Source of the DNA: an uncultured Vicinamibacterales bacterium
Lineage (GTDB): Bacteria; Acidobacteriota; Vicinamibacteria; Vicinamibacterales; JAKQTR01
Assembly (NCBI GenBank): GCA_964481395.1
Contig: CAYZYG010000014.1
Span: 217-64,216, forward strand
Direction of reading: 5' to 3'
DNA: 64,000 nucleotides
The translations under genes were made by a program, and so were the position numbers. The first letter of the stretch is position 1, and every line of letters begins with the position of its first letter. Under the pieces are notes generated by a model. That model searched no databases. It was not told where the DNA came from and saw nothing but the letters and a program-made list of their open reading frames with translations. This document shows positions 37,132-46,293 of this stretch, piece by piece.

Positions 37132-37779
37132 ATGCGAAAACTGAGTGTGTTCGTGGTCGTCGTGGCCGTCGCGTTCGCGGCAGGCGCGTGCGGCGGCCAG
37201 CAGGAAGAAGCCCAGAAGGCGGCCGACCAGGCCGCCGAGCAGGCCAAACCGGCGGGCTCGCCCGCCAGCGACGCCGCAGCCGGCCTGCAGCAGATGGCCG
37301 ACGCCTTCAAGCAGATGGCCGGTGAAGGCGATCTGAAGGAAGTCGAGCCGGTCAGCTTTCGCGACCTGCAGACGGTCCTGCCCGAGCTGAGCGGCTGGGA
37401 AAAGGGTTCGCCCACTGGCGAGAAGATGTCCGCGCCCATCGCCATGTCGAAGACGGAGGTCACCTACTCGAAGGACGAAATGAGCATCGAGGCGTCCGTC
37501 ATCGACACGGGCTATCGCCAGATGTTCTTCATGCCCTACATGATGATGATGGCGGTCGGCTACGAGAAGGAATCGGGCACCGGCTACGAGAAGGGCACGA
37601 CCGTCAGCGGCAACCCGGGCTTCGAGAAATGGGACAGCGAGTCGAAGGACGGCGAACTGGCCGTCGTCGTGAACAAGCGGTTCTTCGTACAGCTCCAGGG
37701 GCGCAACATCCCTGACAACTCGGTGCTGCGCGATCTGATGGGTCAGGTCGACCTCGGGAAACTGGCCGGCATGAAGTAG
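37132..37779 (+). CDS. lipoprotein, function unknown
   Basis: In-frame ATG at 37132. MRKLSVFVVVVAVAFAAGAC has a lipobox (AAGAC). Confidence 0.65.
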   Translation: MRKLSVFVVVVAVAFAAGACGGQQEEAQKAADQAAEQAKPAGSPASDAAAGLQQMADAFKQMAGEGDLKEVEPVSFRDLQTVLPELSGWEKGSPTGEKMSAPIAMSKTEVTYSKDEMSIEASVIDTGYRQMFFMPYMMMMAVGYEKESGTGYEKGTTVSGNPGFEKWDSESKDGELAVVVNKRFFVQLQGRNIPDNSVLRDLMGQVDLGKLAGMK

Positions 37780-37907
37780 GGTCGGGTCCACACCGATTCC
37801 GGGCTCCATCGCAGCGCCGGGAACCGGCGCGCCTCCTGAACGTCGAAAGAGTCAGGGGGCGCGCCCACGCAGCGGCTTGGCGTCCGCCGCCCTCCGAGAC
37901 GCGGGTC

Positions 37908-38423
37908 ATGGCGAAAAAGACACCCTGGGGCCTCATCATCCTCGGCATCGCGACGTTCGTCGTGATCGTCGGGGTGGCCCTTGTGGCCGTGGCCGGCTGG
38001 GTCATCTACCAGCAGTTCGCCTTCCAGGCCGCGCCCGCCACCCGCGTGGACGCCGAAGCCGAGTTCGAGTCCATCGTCCGAAAGTTCGAGGGACAGAAGC
38101 CCTTTCTGGAGATCGTCAACGGTGAGCCGGTGCTCAACAAGCAGCGCCCCGCCGAGGCCCCTCGGCACACCGGGCAACTCGAAGCCATCCACGTGGTCGT
38201 CTGGGATCCCGACGAGCAGAAGATGGTCCGCCTGAACATCCCGTTCTGGCTGCTGCGCATGACGAAAGGCCAGCCGATCAAGCTCTCCTCCGGCGACGAG
38301 GAGTTTGGTCACGCGCCGGTGCGGCTCGATGTGACGGCCGAGGATCTCGAGCGGTACGGCCCCGGTCTCATCCTGGACCACCGCGAATCGTCGGGCGAGC
38401 GTGTCCTCGTCTGGGCACGCTGA
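37908..38423 (+). CDS. membrane-anchored hypothetical protein
   Basis: 171 aa with an N-terminal TM helix WGLIILGIATFVVIVGVALVAVAGWVIY. No family recognised. Confidence 0.55.
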   Translation: MAKKTPWGLIILGIATFVVIVGVALVAVAGWVIYQQFAFQAAPATRVDAEAEFESIVRKFEGQKPFLEIVNGEPVLNKQRPAEAPRHTGQLEAIHVVVWDPDEQKMVRLNIPFWLLRMTKGQPIKLSSGDEEFGHAPVRLDVTAEDLERYGPGLILDHRESSGERVLVWAR

Positions 38424-38599
38424 CGCGAGCGTCCCGTCCAGTTCCTGGTTCAGCTCGTCCTGTCGCAGCCCTTTTCCGGCCGAAAGCACGCGAGGTCGAT
38501 TGGCGCAGGCCTTGCAATGCTGGAGGGTGCCAGCCAGCGCCCGCCATGCCGGCGGTTCCCGTTCACGGAGGAACGAGGCCGTCGCACAGGGAGGGCACC

Positions 38600-39133
38600 A
38601 TGAAAGCCACACTGCTCAGCGCTCTGGCTGTGTTGGCAGGAACCGGACTGCTGTTCGTCCCGGCGCTCCAGGCACAGTCCATCGGTCTTGGCGTCGCGGT
38701 TTCGGCCGCGCCCGCACAGTATCCAGGGACGTACACCGGGCAATACCCTGGGACGTCTCCTCGGCAATACCCGAGCGGCCCGTACGGACGGGGACGGGGC
38801 TACTCCGGGGTCGATGACTACGCGCGGAGCAACGGGTTCCGCGACGGGTACGACAAGGGCTTCGAGGACGCCCGCGACCGCGACCGGTTCGATCCGCGGC
38901 GGCATCGCTGGTATCGGAACGGCGATCGCGGGTACGACCGGAGCTACCGGATGTCCCGCCGCCAGTACGAAGACTTCTACCGGCAGGGATTCCTGACGGG
39001 ATACCAGGCCGGATACCGGGACGGGCAGCGAGGCTACTACGGACCGGGCTACGGCACGCCCTATCCCCCGTACACCTCGCGTCCGCCCCGGCGCGGTCCG
39101 ACGTGGGGAGGATGGATGTACTTCAGGTTCTGA
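38600..39133 (+). CDS. secreted Tyr/Arg/Gly/Asp-rich low-complexity protein
   Basis: Start MKATLLSALAVLAGTGLLFVPALQAQ (signal peptide), then repeated YPG/GYR/DRGYDR motifs. Confidence 0.6.
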   Translation: MKATLLSALAVLAGTGLLFVPALQAQSIGLGVAVSAAPAQYPGTYTGQYPGTSPRQYPSGPYGRGRGYSGVDDYARSNGFRDGYDKGFEDARDRDRFDPRRHRWYRNGDRGYDRSYRMSRRQYEDFYRQGFLTGYQAGYRDGQRGYYGPGYGTPYPPYTSRPPRRGPTWGGWMYFRF

Positions 39134-39135
39134 AG

Positions 39136-39170
39136 GACAGGGAACAGGCGACAGGCGACAGGCGACAGGG
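39136..39170 (+). repeat. heptamer array, GACAGGC-type, 5 units
   Basis: gacaggg aacaggc gacaggc gacaggc gacaggg. It starts 3 nt after the stop at 39133 and ends just before the terminator hairpin. Confidence 0.9.
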
Positions 39171-39187
39171 AAGGGCGGGGGGCAGGG

Positions 39188-39220
39188 GTCAGGGACGATG
39201 TGCCCTGACTCCTGTTTTTT
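39188..39220 (+). terminator. rho-independent terminator
   Basis: Stem GTCAGGG (39188-39194) pairs with CCCTGAC (39203-39209) around an 8-nt loop. TCCTG and TTTTTT (39215-39220) follow. Confidence 0.7.
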
Positions 39221-39262
<42 letters not shown>

Positions 39263-39266
39263 TTTC

Positions 39267-41138
39267 CTATTGCGGGCAGGTGCCGGGCGCGGGGGCGAGT
39301 CGCAGTCGCGTGATTCGGCCGCGGTCGGGGTCGAGACCCAGCGACAGCCGCAGATCGCCCTTCGCGCACGAAACCGTCAGTGTCGCGTTCCGCTCGCCGT
39401 CACCCGAGAGGATTTCGCCTGGCCTGCAGGAACCCCACCGGCCGGCCGCCTCGAGCGTCCCCGACACGGCTGCCGCGTCCACTCCGGGCATGCTGAGGTC
39501 ACGGACGACGGCTTCGTCGCGCGTGCCGATGAGGCTCACCACGCGCTCGACGGCCTTCGTCATGCCGGCGCCAAGCGGCATCGCCGACTCCCACGCGAGG
39601 TACTGGACCTTCGCGGGCATCGTCGGCGCGAGCGTGATCCGGACGCGGACCTGACCACGCGCGCAGCGCATCTTCCATTCACCGCGCAGCGCGTTCTCGG
39701 CGTCGATTCCGCCGTCCGGCGCGCAGGCGCCGTGCCGCGCGGCAAGCGAATCGAGGCTCGCGCGGCGACGAGGCTTCGGTTCGTCGAGATAGAGGTTGTC
39801 CGCCGCAATCCGGTCGGCGAGGGCGTCATCCCATCCGGACATCAGGCGGATCACGTCGTCTCGGGCCGCGAGCAGAGCCGGCGAGGCCTGAGGCACGCGC
39901 GCCTGAAGCCCCCCGCTACGCGCCAGCGCGTCGATCGCGTCGTCGACGACACGGGTCCAGCTCGTGTACGTGAGGTTGCCGAGCGCGATGATGCCGACGC
40001 CATGCTCCGGCAGCCAGCGCATGTGGGAACCGTAGCCTGGCAGCCCGCCGCTGTGCGCCACCTGGTGGCGAATCGCGCAGGTCTGCCAGATGCGCAGCCC
40101 GAAGCCGTAGCCCCCCGAGTTGAGGGCGAGCGGCGCATCGACCGACGGGCGCGTCACCGTCGCCGGCGCAGGGCGCCACACCTGCTGCATCTCGCGCGCC
40201 GAAGCCCGGCGTATCGGGCCGGTCTCAGGCCCATCTCGCGGAGGCCAGGCCGACATCAGGAAGCCGACGTACTTCGCCAGGTCGCTCGTGGTCGTGAGCA
40301 TGCCCCCCATCGCGCCGAATGCGCCGTCGGGAAGGGGCGGTTCCTCGACCCACGAACCGTCCTCCAGGCGGTACCCGTGCGCCAGAGCCGGGGCTGGCAC
40401 GTCAGCCGCCTCCATCGTTGTCGCGCGCATGCCCAGCGGCTCGAACACGCGCGTGCGGACGTACTGCGCGTAGGGCACGCCAGACGCGCGGGCGACAATC
40501 CTGCCGAGGATCGCGAAGCCGAAGTTGGAATACTCGTACGCGGTGCCTGGCGCCGTCGAGAACGGGATCCCGCGGCCCATCATCGCGGCCATTTCATCAT
40601 CCGTCGCGTCGAGCTGCCGGTCGCCCCACGGATTGTCTTCGGGAAACCCTTCCGCGTGCGACAGCAGGTGACGGATGGTGATGCGGGGCGAATCGGTGGT
40701 CGGGTACTTCAGGCCGGCGAGTTCGGGTACGTAGCGCTCCGCCGGGTCGTCGAGCGAGAGCCGTCCCTCGTCGCGCAGCCGGAGGATGGCCACCGCGGTG
40801 AAGCTCTTGGTCATCGACGCGATGCGGAAGACCGTGTCGAGCGTCACCGGTGAGCCGGTTCGTGTCTCCCGCTGCCCGGCGGTGCCGCTGTGCACGAGCG
40901 CGCCATCGACAAGGACGCCCCAGGCGATGCCAGGCACGCGGGACTGGGATGCAAACGCCCTGAAGAGGCCGTCGATCTCGGGGAACGCGCGCGCGAGGGC
41001 CTCGCGTCGATCGGCGTTTGGAAAGCGCGGCTCGGGGGCGACGCTGGAGGGCGCCTGTTCCTGCGCCGCAGCGCCCGCCACCACCGCGCACATGGCCGCC
41101 GCCAGGAACAGCCACAGATACCGCTGTTTCATGCGCAC
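39267..41138 (-). CDS. serine hydrolase, beta-lactamase/transpeptidase-like family, with C-terminal extension
   Basis: 623 aa. Signal peptide, FRIASMTKSF (SxxK) and YEYSNFG (YxN). Confidence 0.85.
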   Translation of the reverse strand: MRMKQRYLWLFLAAAMCAVVAGAAAQEQAPSSVAPEPRFPNADRREALARAFPEIDGLFRAFASQSRVPGIAWGVLVDGALVHSGTAGQRETRTGSPVTLDTVFRIASMTKSFTAVAILRLRDEGRLSLDDPAERYVPELAGLKYPTTDSPRITIRHLLSHAEGFPEDNPWGDRQLDATDDEMAAMMGRGIPFSTAPGTAYEYSNFGFAILGRIVARASGVPYAQYVRTRVFEPLGMRATTMEAADVPAPALAHGYRLEDGSWVEEPPLPDGAFGAMGGMLTTTSDLAKYVGFLMSAWPPRDGPETGPIRRASAREMQQVWRPAPATVTRPSVDAPLALNSGGYGFGLRIWQTCAIRHQVAHSGGLPGYGSHMRWLPEHGVGIIALGNLTYTSWTRVVDDAIDALARSGGLQARVPQASPALLAARDDVIRLMSGWDDALADRIAADNLYLDEPKPRRRASLDSLAARHGACAPDGGIDAENALRGEWKMRCARGQVRVRITLAPTMPAKVQYLAWESAMPLGAGMTKAVERVVSLIGTRDEAVVRDLSMPGVDAAAVSGTLEAAGRWGSCRPGEILSGDGERNATLTVSCAKGDLRLSLGLDPDRGRITRLRLAPAPGTCPQ

Positions 41139-41208
41139 TCCTCTGGGATTGGGGATTGAACACTCGCGCGCGCGTCCGACAATGACTCCGGGAGTGATTC
41201 TCAGAACC

Positions 41209-41229
41209 GGTCCCCGATCCCCGGTCCCC
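41209..41229 (-). repeat. heptamer array, GGGGACC/GGGGATC-type, 3 units
   Basis: ggtcccc gatcccc ggtcccc, downstream of the MscS-cNMP gene. Confidence 0.85.
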
Positions 41230-41285
41230 GGCTTGCCTCGACGAAGCCGCGCCGCAACGCGTTTGGCGAAGTCGGGTCCCTGTTC

Positions 41286-42728
41286 TTAGAGTCCCAGAAA
41301 CGCCTGAATCCGCGACAGCAGAGACCGTGACGTCTCTGGCGCCTTGCCGCGCGCCGCGGCGGCCTCGTCGCGCTGGCGCTCCAGGTCGGCCCGGCGAGCC
41401 GCGACCACGTCGCTGATCGTCGCGAGCACGTCCGCGTTCACCAGCGCCAGTTCGCGCAGGGCATCGGCCGTCAACTCGATCAGCTCGCACTCGGTCTCGG
41501 CGAAGACAGAGGCGGACCGGGGCTGCCCGGTCAGCATCGACATCTCGCCGAAGTACCCGTGGCGCCCGATCGTGGCGAGCACCACCCCGGACGACTCAAC
41601 GACCCTGACCCGACCGGACGCGACGACGAACATCGACCGCCCTTCGTCGTTCTGGCGCACGATCAGGTGTCCCGACCCGTAGATCTGCTCTGCCGCATGC
41701 GCCGCGAGATCGTAGCGTTGCTGGTCGCTGAGCGGCGCGAAGAGGTCCACGTGGCGCAGGACGCCGTCGATCCGCGCGATCCGGTCCCCTGGCCGTTCGG
41801 GTACCTCCTCGCGCTGGTACTCGATCTGGATCGGCCACGGGATTTCGTAGCCGCAGCGCCTGAGCGCGTAATAGATGGCGGAGCGCACCTGGTCCCTGGC
41901 GCGGGTGTCGGCCGCGAAGTCATCGATCCAGAAGCGCACCAGATAAATGATCGCGGACGCGCCGAAGTCCTGGACCAGAATCTCTGGCGGCGGATCCCGC
42001 AGCACGAGCGGCAATTCGCGCATCCCCTCACGAATGCACGCCTTCACCCGGTCGGGCGGCACGCCGTAGGCCACGCCGACTTCGATTTCCAGCCGCGTCG
42101 GGACGTCGGGCTCCGAATAGTTGACGATGGCCTCTTTCGAGATGAACGAGTTCGGCAGAATGACCTGGTTGCCGGACTTCGTGCGCATCTTCGTGGCCCG
42201 CCAGGTCACCTCGGTCACGATTCCTTCGTAGGGGCCCACCGTCACCCAGTGCCCGACGCGGAACGGCTTCTCGACCTGGATGGCGAGCCCCGAGAACATG
42301 TTCCCGAGCGTGTCCTGCAGGGCGAACCCGACAACGACCGCGCCGACGGCGGAGGTCGTCAGGAACTTCTCCTGCATCACGAAGGTCGACACTAGCACGA
42401 ACAGCCCGACGATGATGGTGTCCTGGACGATGTTCGGGAAGCGCTCCGGTACCCGATCGACCCTGAGCGGGTTGATGAGCCCCACCACCATCAGGGTGAT
42501 GGCCGACAGGGCCGTCAGCAACTGGTTGATGGAGACGATGCGAGCCTTGAGGTCGTCGCCGACCGGCACGTTCCACAGGAAGAGATTGACGGTGATGTTC
42601 ACCGCGAGCAGCAGGATCGGGAGGCGGAGCTTCTGCCGCACGAGGCGGTTCACGCTGACGCCCCTGACGAGCAGCGTCAGCACGAGAACGCTGAGGCTGA
42701 TCGCCAGTCGAATCGGAATGTCGTTCAT
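41286..42728 (-). CDS. MscS-family channel with C-terminal cyclic-nucleotide-binding domain (bCNG-like)
   Basis: MscS pore helix GFALQDTLGNMFSGLAIQVEKPFRVGHWV. cNMP-binding motif GYFGEMSMLTGQPRSASV near the C-terminus. Confidence 0.88.
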   Translation of the reverse strand: MNDIPIRLAISLSVLVLTLLVRGVSVNRLVRQKLRLPILLLAVNITVNLFLWNVPVGDDLKARIVSINQLLTALSAITLMVVGLINPLRVDRVPERFPNIVQDTIIVGLFVLVSTFVMQEKFLTTSAVGAVVVGFALQDTLGNMFSGLAIQVEKPFRVGHWVTVGPYEGIVTEVTWRATKMRTKSGNQVILPNSFISKEAIVNYSEPDVPTRLEIEVGVAYGVPPDRVKACIREGMRELPLVLRDPPPEILVQDFGASAIIYLVRFWIDDFAADTRARDQVRSAIYYALRRCGYEIPWPIQIEYQREEVPERPGDRIARIDGVLRHVDLFAPLSDQQRYDLAAHAAEQIYGSGHLIVRQNDEGRSMFVVASGRVRVVESSGVVLATIGRHGYFGEMSMLTGQPRSASVFAETECELIELTADALRELALVNADVLATISDVVAARRADLERQRDEAAAARGKAPETSRSLLSRIQAFLGL

Positions 42729-42823
42729 GGCTGCTTGTCGATCTCTCGTCCGTGAGCGTGGGCGCCGGTTCCGGAGGACAGCCCTGACGTTGCCGCTTCC
42801 GAACCCTCAAGCCGTGCGGAACC

Positions 42824-42885
42824 GGATCCCGAATCCCGACCCCCGGTCTGAAGCACTGGTCCCCGGTCCCCGATCCCCGGTCCCT
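42824..42885 (-). repeat. heptamer arrays, GGGGACC/GGGGATC-type, 4 + 4 units
   Basis: ggatccc gaatccc gaccccc ggtctga, a 6-nt break, then ggtcccc ggtcccc gatcccc ggtccct, abutting the M48 stop. Confidence 0.9.
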
Positions 42886-42886
42886 G

Positions 42887-44062
42887 TTACTTCAGCAGTC
42901 CCTTCGTCTTGAACTCCGCGATGTCCGCCGGCGTGAGGTTGATGACGACCAGTGTCTTGACCGGGCCGCCCTTCGCGTTGCGTTCCGTGTCCACGCCGCG
43001 CGACGCGCCGGACCCTGTCACTTCAGCCGATTTCTTCTCCGACCCGCCGGGTTTCAGCAGGGACCCCAGGCCGAATCCTTTTTTCTTCGGTTCATCCTTC
43101 TTCCCGGCGTCCGACGAGCTTCCGCCCGACTTGCCCGACGATCCGCCCGCGAGGCCAGCCGTCCCTTCGGCCACCGTGGCGATTTCGGTGACCGGCTTGG
43201 CGGTGTACGTGATGGTCGCCTTGTAGCGGTCGGCCAGCACGGCCTCGCCGTTCATCTTCCCGTCCTTGATGATCTTGTCGATCTTCGAGAGGCGCTCGTC
43301 CATCTCGGGATGGGACGCGAACAGGCCCTGCTTCTCGGTCGCGGACTTATTCCGTTCGGTCAACCGCGTCAGGAAGTCCGGCAGACCGGACGGTGCGTAC
43401 CCGACCTTGTTGGCCAGCTCGAGCCCTTCCCGGTCGGACTCGAGTTCCTCCGACCGTCCGAACCCCGCCATGACCAGCTCGGTCGTCTTGTCGACGAGCT
43501 GCGAGAACAGCGCCGCGTTGTTCGAGAGGGTCTCCTCGGCGCCCATCTGGATCATCTTGCCCTTCTTGATGGCGCTGATCGTGTGCTTCTCCGTCACGTG
43601 GACGATCTCGTGAGCGAGCACGCCGGCCAGCTCGGCCTCACTCGACATCAGCCCGAGCGCGCCCCGCGTGATGTGCACGAAGCCTCCCGGCGCGGCGAAC
43701 GCGTTGACGCCGTCGGTGTCCAGCACGATGAACGTGAACGGGAGGTTCGGCCGCGTGCTGCGCTGCACGAGCACGGACCCGACCAGCGACACGTAGCGGT
43801 GCACGGCCTTGTCCTGGACCACGCCGTAACGGTTGCGGACCTTCTCGCTGACCGCCGCGCCCAGCTTGATCTCCTCGTCCTCCGAGATCTGCAGCTCCCG
43901 CAGCTGGTTCGCCCGCTTCAGAATCCCCCCGATCTGCGGGAGTCGGGAGTCGGGAGTCGGGAGTCGGGGCGTTGCCCCCCAGCCCGCATTCGGCGCTGCC
44001 ATCCCCGCGGCCACCGCGGCCGCCACCCAGATCACCATTCGGCGCATCGGCGTGTTCTCCAA
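42887..44062 (-). CDS. M48-family zinc metalloprotease, periplasmic
   Basis: Active-site motif LAHEIVHVTEKH (HExxH). Signal-like MRRMVIWVAAAVAAGMAA; the start may be the ATG at complement 44047. A Gly/Ser/Lys-rich C-terminal region is present. Confidence 0.85.
   Translation of the reverse strand: MENTPMRRMVIWVAAAVAAGMAAPNAGWGATPRLPTPDSRLPQIGGILKRANQLRELQISEDEEIKLGAAVSEKVRNRYGVVQDKAVHRYVSLVGSVLVQRSTRPNLPFTFIVLDTDGVNAFAAPGGFVHITRGALGLMSSEAELAGVLAHEIVHVTEKHTISAIKKGKMIQMGAEETLSNNAALFSQLVDKTTELVMAGFGRSEELESDREGLELANKVGYAPSGLPDFLTRLTERNKSATEKQGLFASHPEMDERLSKIDKIIKDGKMNGEAVLADRYKATITYTAKPVTEIATVAEGTAGLAGGSSGKSGGSSSDAGKKDEPKKKGFGLGSLLKPGGSEKKSAEVTGSGASRGVDTERNAKGGPVKTLVVINLTPADIAEFKTKGLLK
43938..43965 (-). 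repeat. heptamer array, GGGAGTC-type, 4 perfect units, inside the M48 coding sequence
   Basis: gggagtc x4. It encodes TPRLPTPDSRLP just after the predicted signal peptide. Confidence 0.95.
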
Positions 44063-44128
44063 GTCGCGCGGGCCGCAAGGCCGTCAAGGACGTCGGGCTC
44101 TTCCGCCGGGTCGGCGTGCTGAGGCCGA

Positions 44129-46162
44129 TCAGGCTGATGCCGTCAGACCCGGCCGCCCGTCGCCGGACGCCGGGCGCCTGATTTCGTAAATCCCCACCGC
44201 CTCCGTCTTGCCTTTCACGACCACCTGGCCCAGTGGATTCATATCATAGCGCCCTTTCAGCCGGCGCTTCGTCTCCTCGCTGACGATGATCGATGTGCCG
44301 TATTCCTTGTTGAGCGACTCCAGGCGCGCGCCGAGGTTCACGGCGTCGCCGATCACCGTGTAGCTCATGACCGACTCGGACCCGATGTTTCCCGCAATCA
44401 TCTCCCCCGTGTTGATGCCGATCCCGATGCCGAGCGCCGGGCGCCCCGCAGCGGCCCATTCCCGGTTGAGCGCGTCGAGCCCGTCGATCATCGCGAGCGC
44501 CGTCTCGACCGCGTGGTCCGCGTGTTCGTCGTCGTCCAGGGGCGCGCCGAAGAGGGCCATGATCATGTCGCCGACGAATTTGTCCACCGTGCCCCGGTGA
44601 GCCAGCACGACCGCCACCATGCGCGAGAAGTACTCGTTGAGCTGCGCCACGACCGCTTCGGCCTGTCCGGCCTCCGTGAACGTGGTGAATCCCCGGATGT
44701 CCGCGAACAGCACCGTCATGTCGCGCCGCGCGCCGCCAAGGCGGGCCCGCGACGGATCGGCCATCAGTTCCGTGAACACGTCACGGGACACGAAACGCGA
44801 GAAGACCTGCTTGACCTGCCGCTTCTCGCGCCCCTCGACGAAGTACTGGTACGCCGTCCCGCCGAACGTCCCGAACGCGAGGGCCAGGGCGGGCACCGCC
44901 ACGTCCATCCAGACGCCGCGCGCGAACACCGCTACGCTCATGCCGGCGAGGCCGGCGGCAGCCACGACCGCGATCCCGATGCCCCCCCAGACGGAGAGCC
45001 AGACGCCCGACACGCCGATCAGCACCGCGCAGGCCAGCAGGACGCTCGCGTTCAGCCAGGCCCCGGCCGGCTCCATGAACCGCCCCGACAGCACGTTGTC
45101 GATGACGTTCGCGTGAATCTGGGCGCCGGGCATCTTGCCTTCTGCGAACGGCGTCGTGAACAGATCGCTCAGGCCCGCAGCCGTCGTCCCGACGACCACG
45201 ATCGCGTCCTTGAGGAGCGCGGGGTCGACGAGCGGCTTCTCACCGGCGAGGATCTGCTCCTCCGAGTAGTACAGGTCGAAGAAGGGATACTCGCGGTAGG
45301 TGGTTCGGCTGTCCGCGAAGGCCGGCCCGGTGTAGCGGATGAGCATCCGCTGCGCGTCGACGGTCGGGCCGTCGTAGCTCAGGATCGCCGACGCCGTGAG
45401 CGGCACGGCAGTCGCCCCCACGCTCAGCACATCCCCGCGGCGCGCGATCGCCGACGGCGCCAGGCGGGCCACCTGCATGGCTGCGACGAGCCCGAGCGAC
45501 GGCACCCCCACGTCATCGACCCTGACGAGCGGCGCGGTGCGACGGACGGGTCCATCGGCGTCCAAGATCGTCAGGTTGTGGCCGATGGCCAGGGCGGCGT
45601 CGGTCAGCTCGTCGTACGGCAGCACGAGCGACGGGCGCGGCTCGAACGCCGCGTCGGCCCCGAAGGGCTGCCCGGCCTTGAGCCGCTCGACCGGGTCGTC
45701 GTTCAGCCGCGCCGTCTCGCCCGAGGTCACATCCGCCGCGAACACGACGTTGCCGGCGCGCGAGGCGGACTCGGCCAGTGCCCGGTCGGACTCCTCCCCG
45801 GTCCACGTTTCGCCACCCATGGGAAACGTCCGCCGGTCGCGCTCGGTGAAGAGCACGTCGTAGACAACGAGCCGTGCAGGCGCGCGCGACAGGTAGTCGA
45901 TGAGGAGGGCGTGGACCACCCTGGGCCACGGCCACCGCCCGACATGTTCCTCGAGCCTTCTGATGCTCCCATCGTCGATGGTCACGAGGACGATGTCCTG
46001 CCTGGCCTGGGAGGGTTCGGCGGTACGGCGAACGCGAAAGTCGTAGGTCTTGAGCTCGATCGTGGCGACGAAGGACGTGAGGCCCAGCGCCCAGGCGAGC
46101 GCGGCCGAGGCGAGGCCAATCGCCACGCCGATCCCCGTGCGGCGGAGGGGTGGCGTCTTCAT
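44129..46162 (-). CDS. CHASE2-sensor class III adenylate/guanylate cyclase
   Basis: 677 aa. N-terminal TM helix, periplasmic CHASE2-like region (DIVLVTIDDGSI...WPWPR), three or four TM helices, and cyclase motifs VLFADIRGFT, FVGDMIMALFGAP and GDAVNLGARLES. Confidence 0.88.
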   Translation of the reverse strand: MKTPPLRRTGIGVAIGLASAALAWALGLTSFVATIELKTYDFRVRRTAEPSQARQDIVLVTIDDGSIRRLEEHVGRWPWPRVVHALLIDYLSRAPARLVVYDVLFTERDRRTFPMGGETWTGEESDRALAESASRAGNVVFAADVTSGETARLNDDPVERLKAGQPFGADAAFEPRPSLVLPYDELTDAALAIGHNLTILDADGPVRRTAPLVRVDDVGVPSLGLVAAMQVARLAPSAIARRGDVLSVGATAVPLTASAILSYDGPTVDAQRMLIRYTGPAFADSRTTYREYPFFDLYYSEEQILAGEKPLVDPALLKDAIVVVGTTAAGLSDLFTTPFAEGKMPGAQIHANVIDNVLSGRFMEPAGAWLNASVLLACAVLIGVSGVWLSVWGGIGIAVVAAAGLAGMSVAVFARGVWMDVAVPALALAFGTFGGTAYQYFVEGREKRQVKQVFSRFVSRDVFTELMADPSRARLGGARRDMTVLFADIRGFTTFTEAGQAEAVVAQLNEYFSRMVAVVLAHRGTVDKFVGDMIMALFGAPLDDDEHADHAVETALAMIDGLDALNREWAAAGRPALGIGIGINTGEMIAGNIGSESVMSYTVIGDAVNLGARLESLNKEYGTSIIVSEETKRRLKGRYDMNPLGQVVVKGKTEAVGIYEIRRPASGDGRPGLTASA

Positions 46163-46231
46163 GAGGACGCCCGCACCGACCGGGGTAGCGGTGAGGCCGG
46201 CGACGTCGCGCGTGGAGCGCGACGTCGAGTC

Positions 46232-46259
46232 GAGTCCCGACGCCCGACTCCCGATTCCC
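46232..46259 (+). repeat. heptamer array, GACTCCC-type, 4 units
   Basis: gagtccc gacgccc gactccc gattccc, in the divergent region between the cyclase and ornithine cyclodeaminase genes. Confidence 0.8.
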
Positions 46260-46293
46260 GGTGATGCCCCGCCCCTCGCGCTACAATGCCCCG

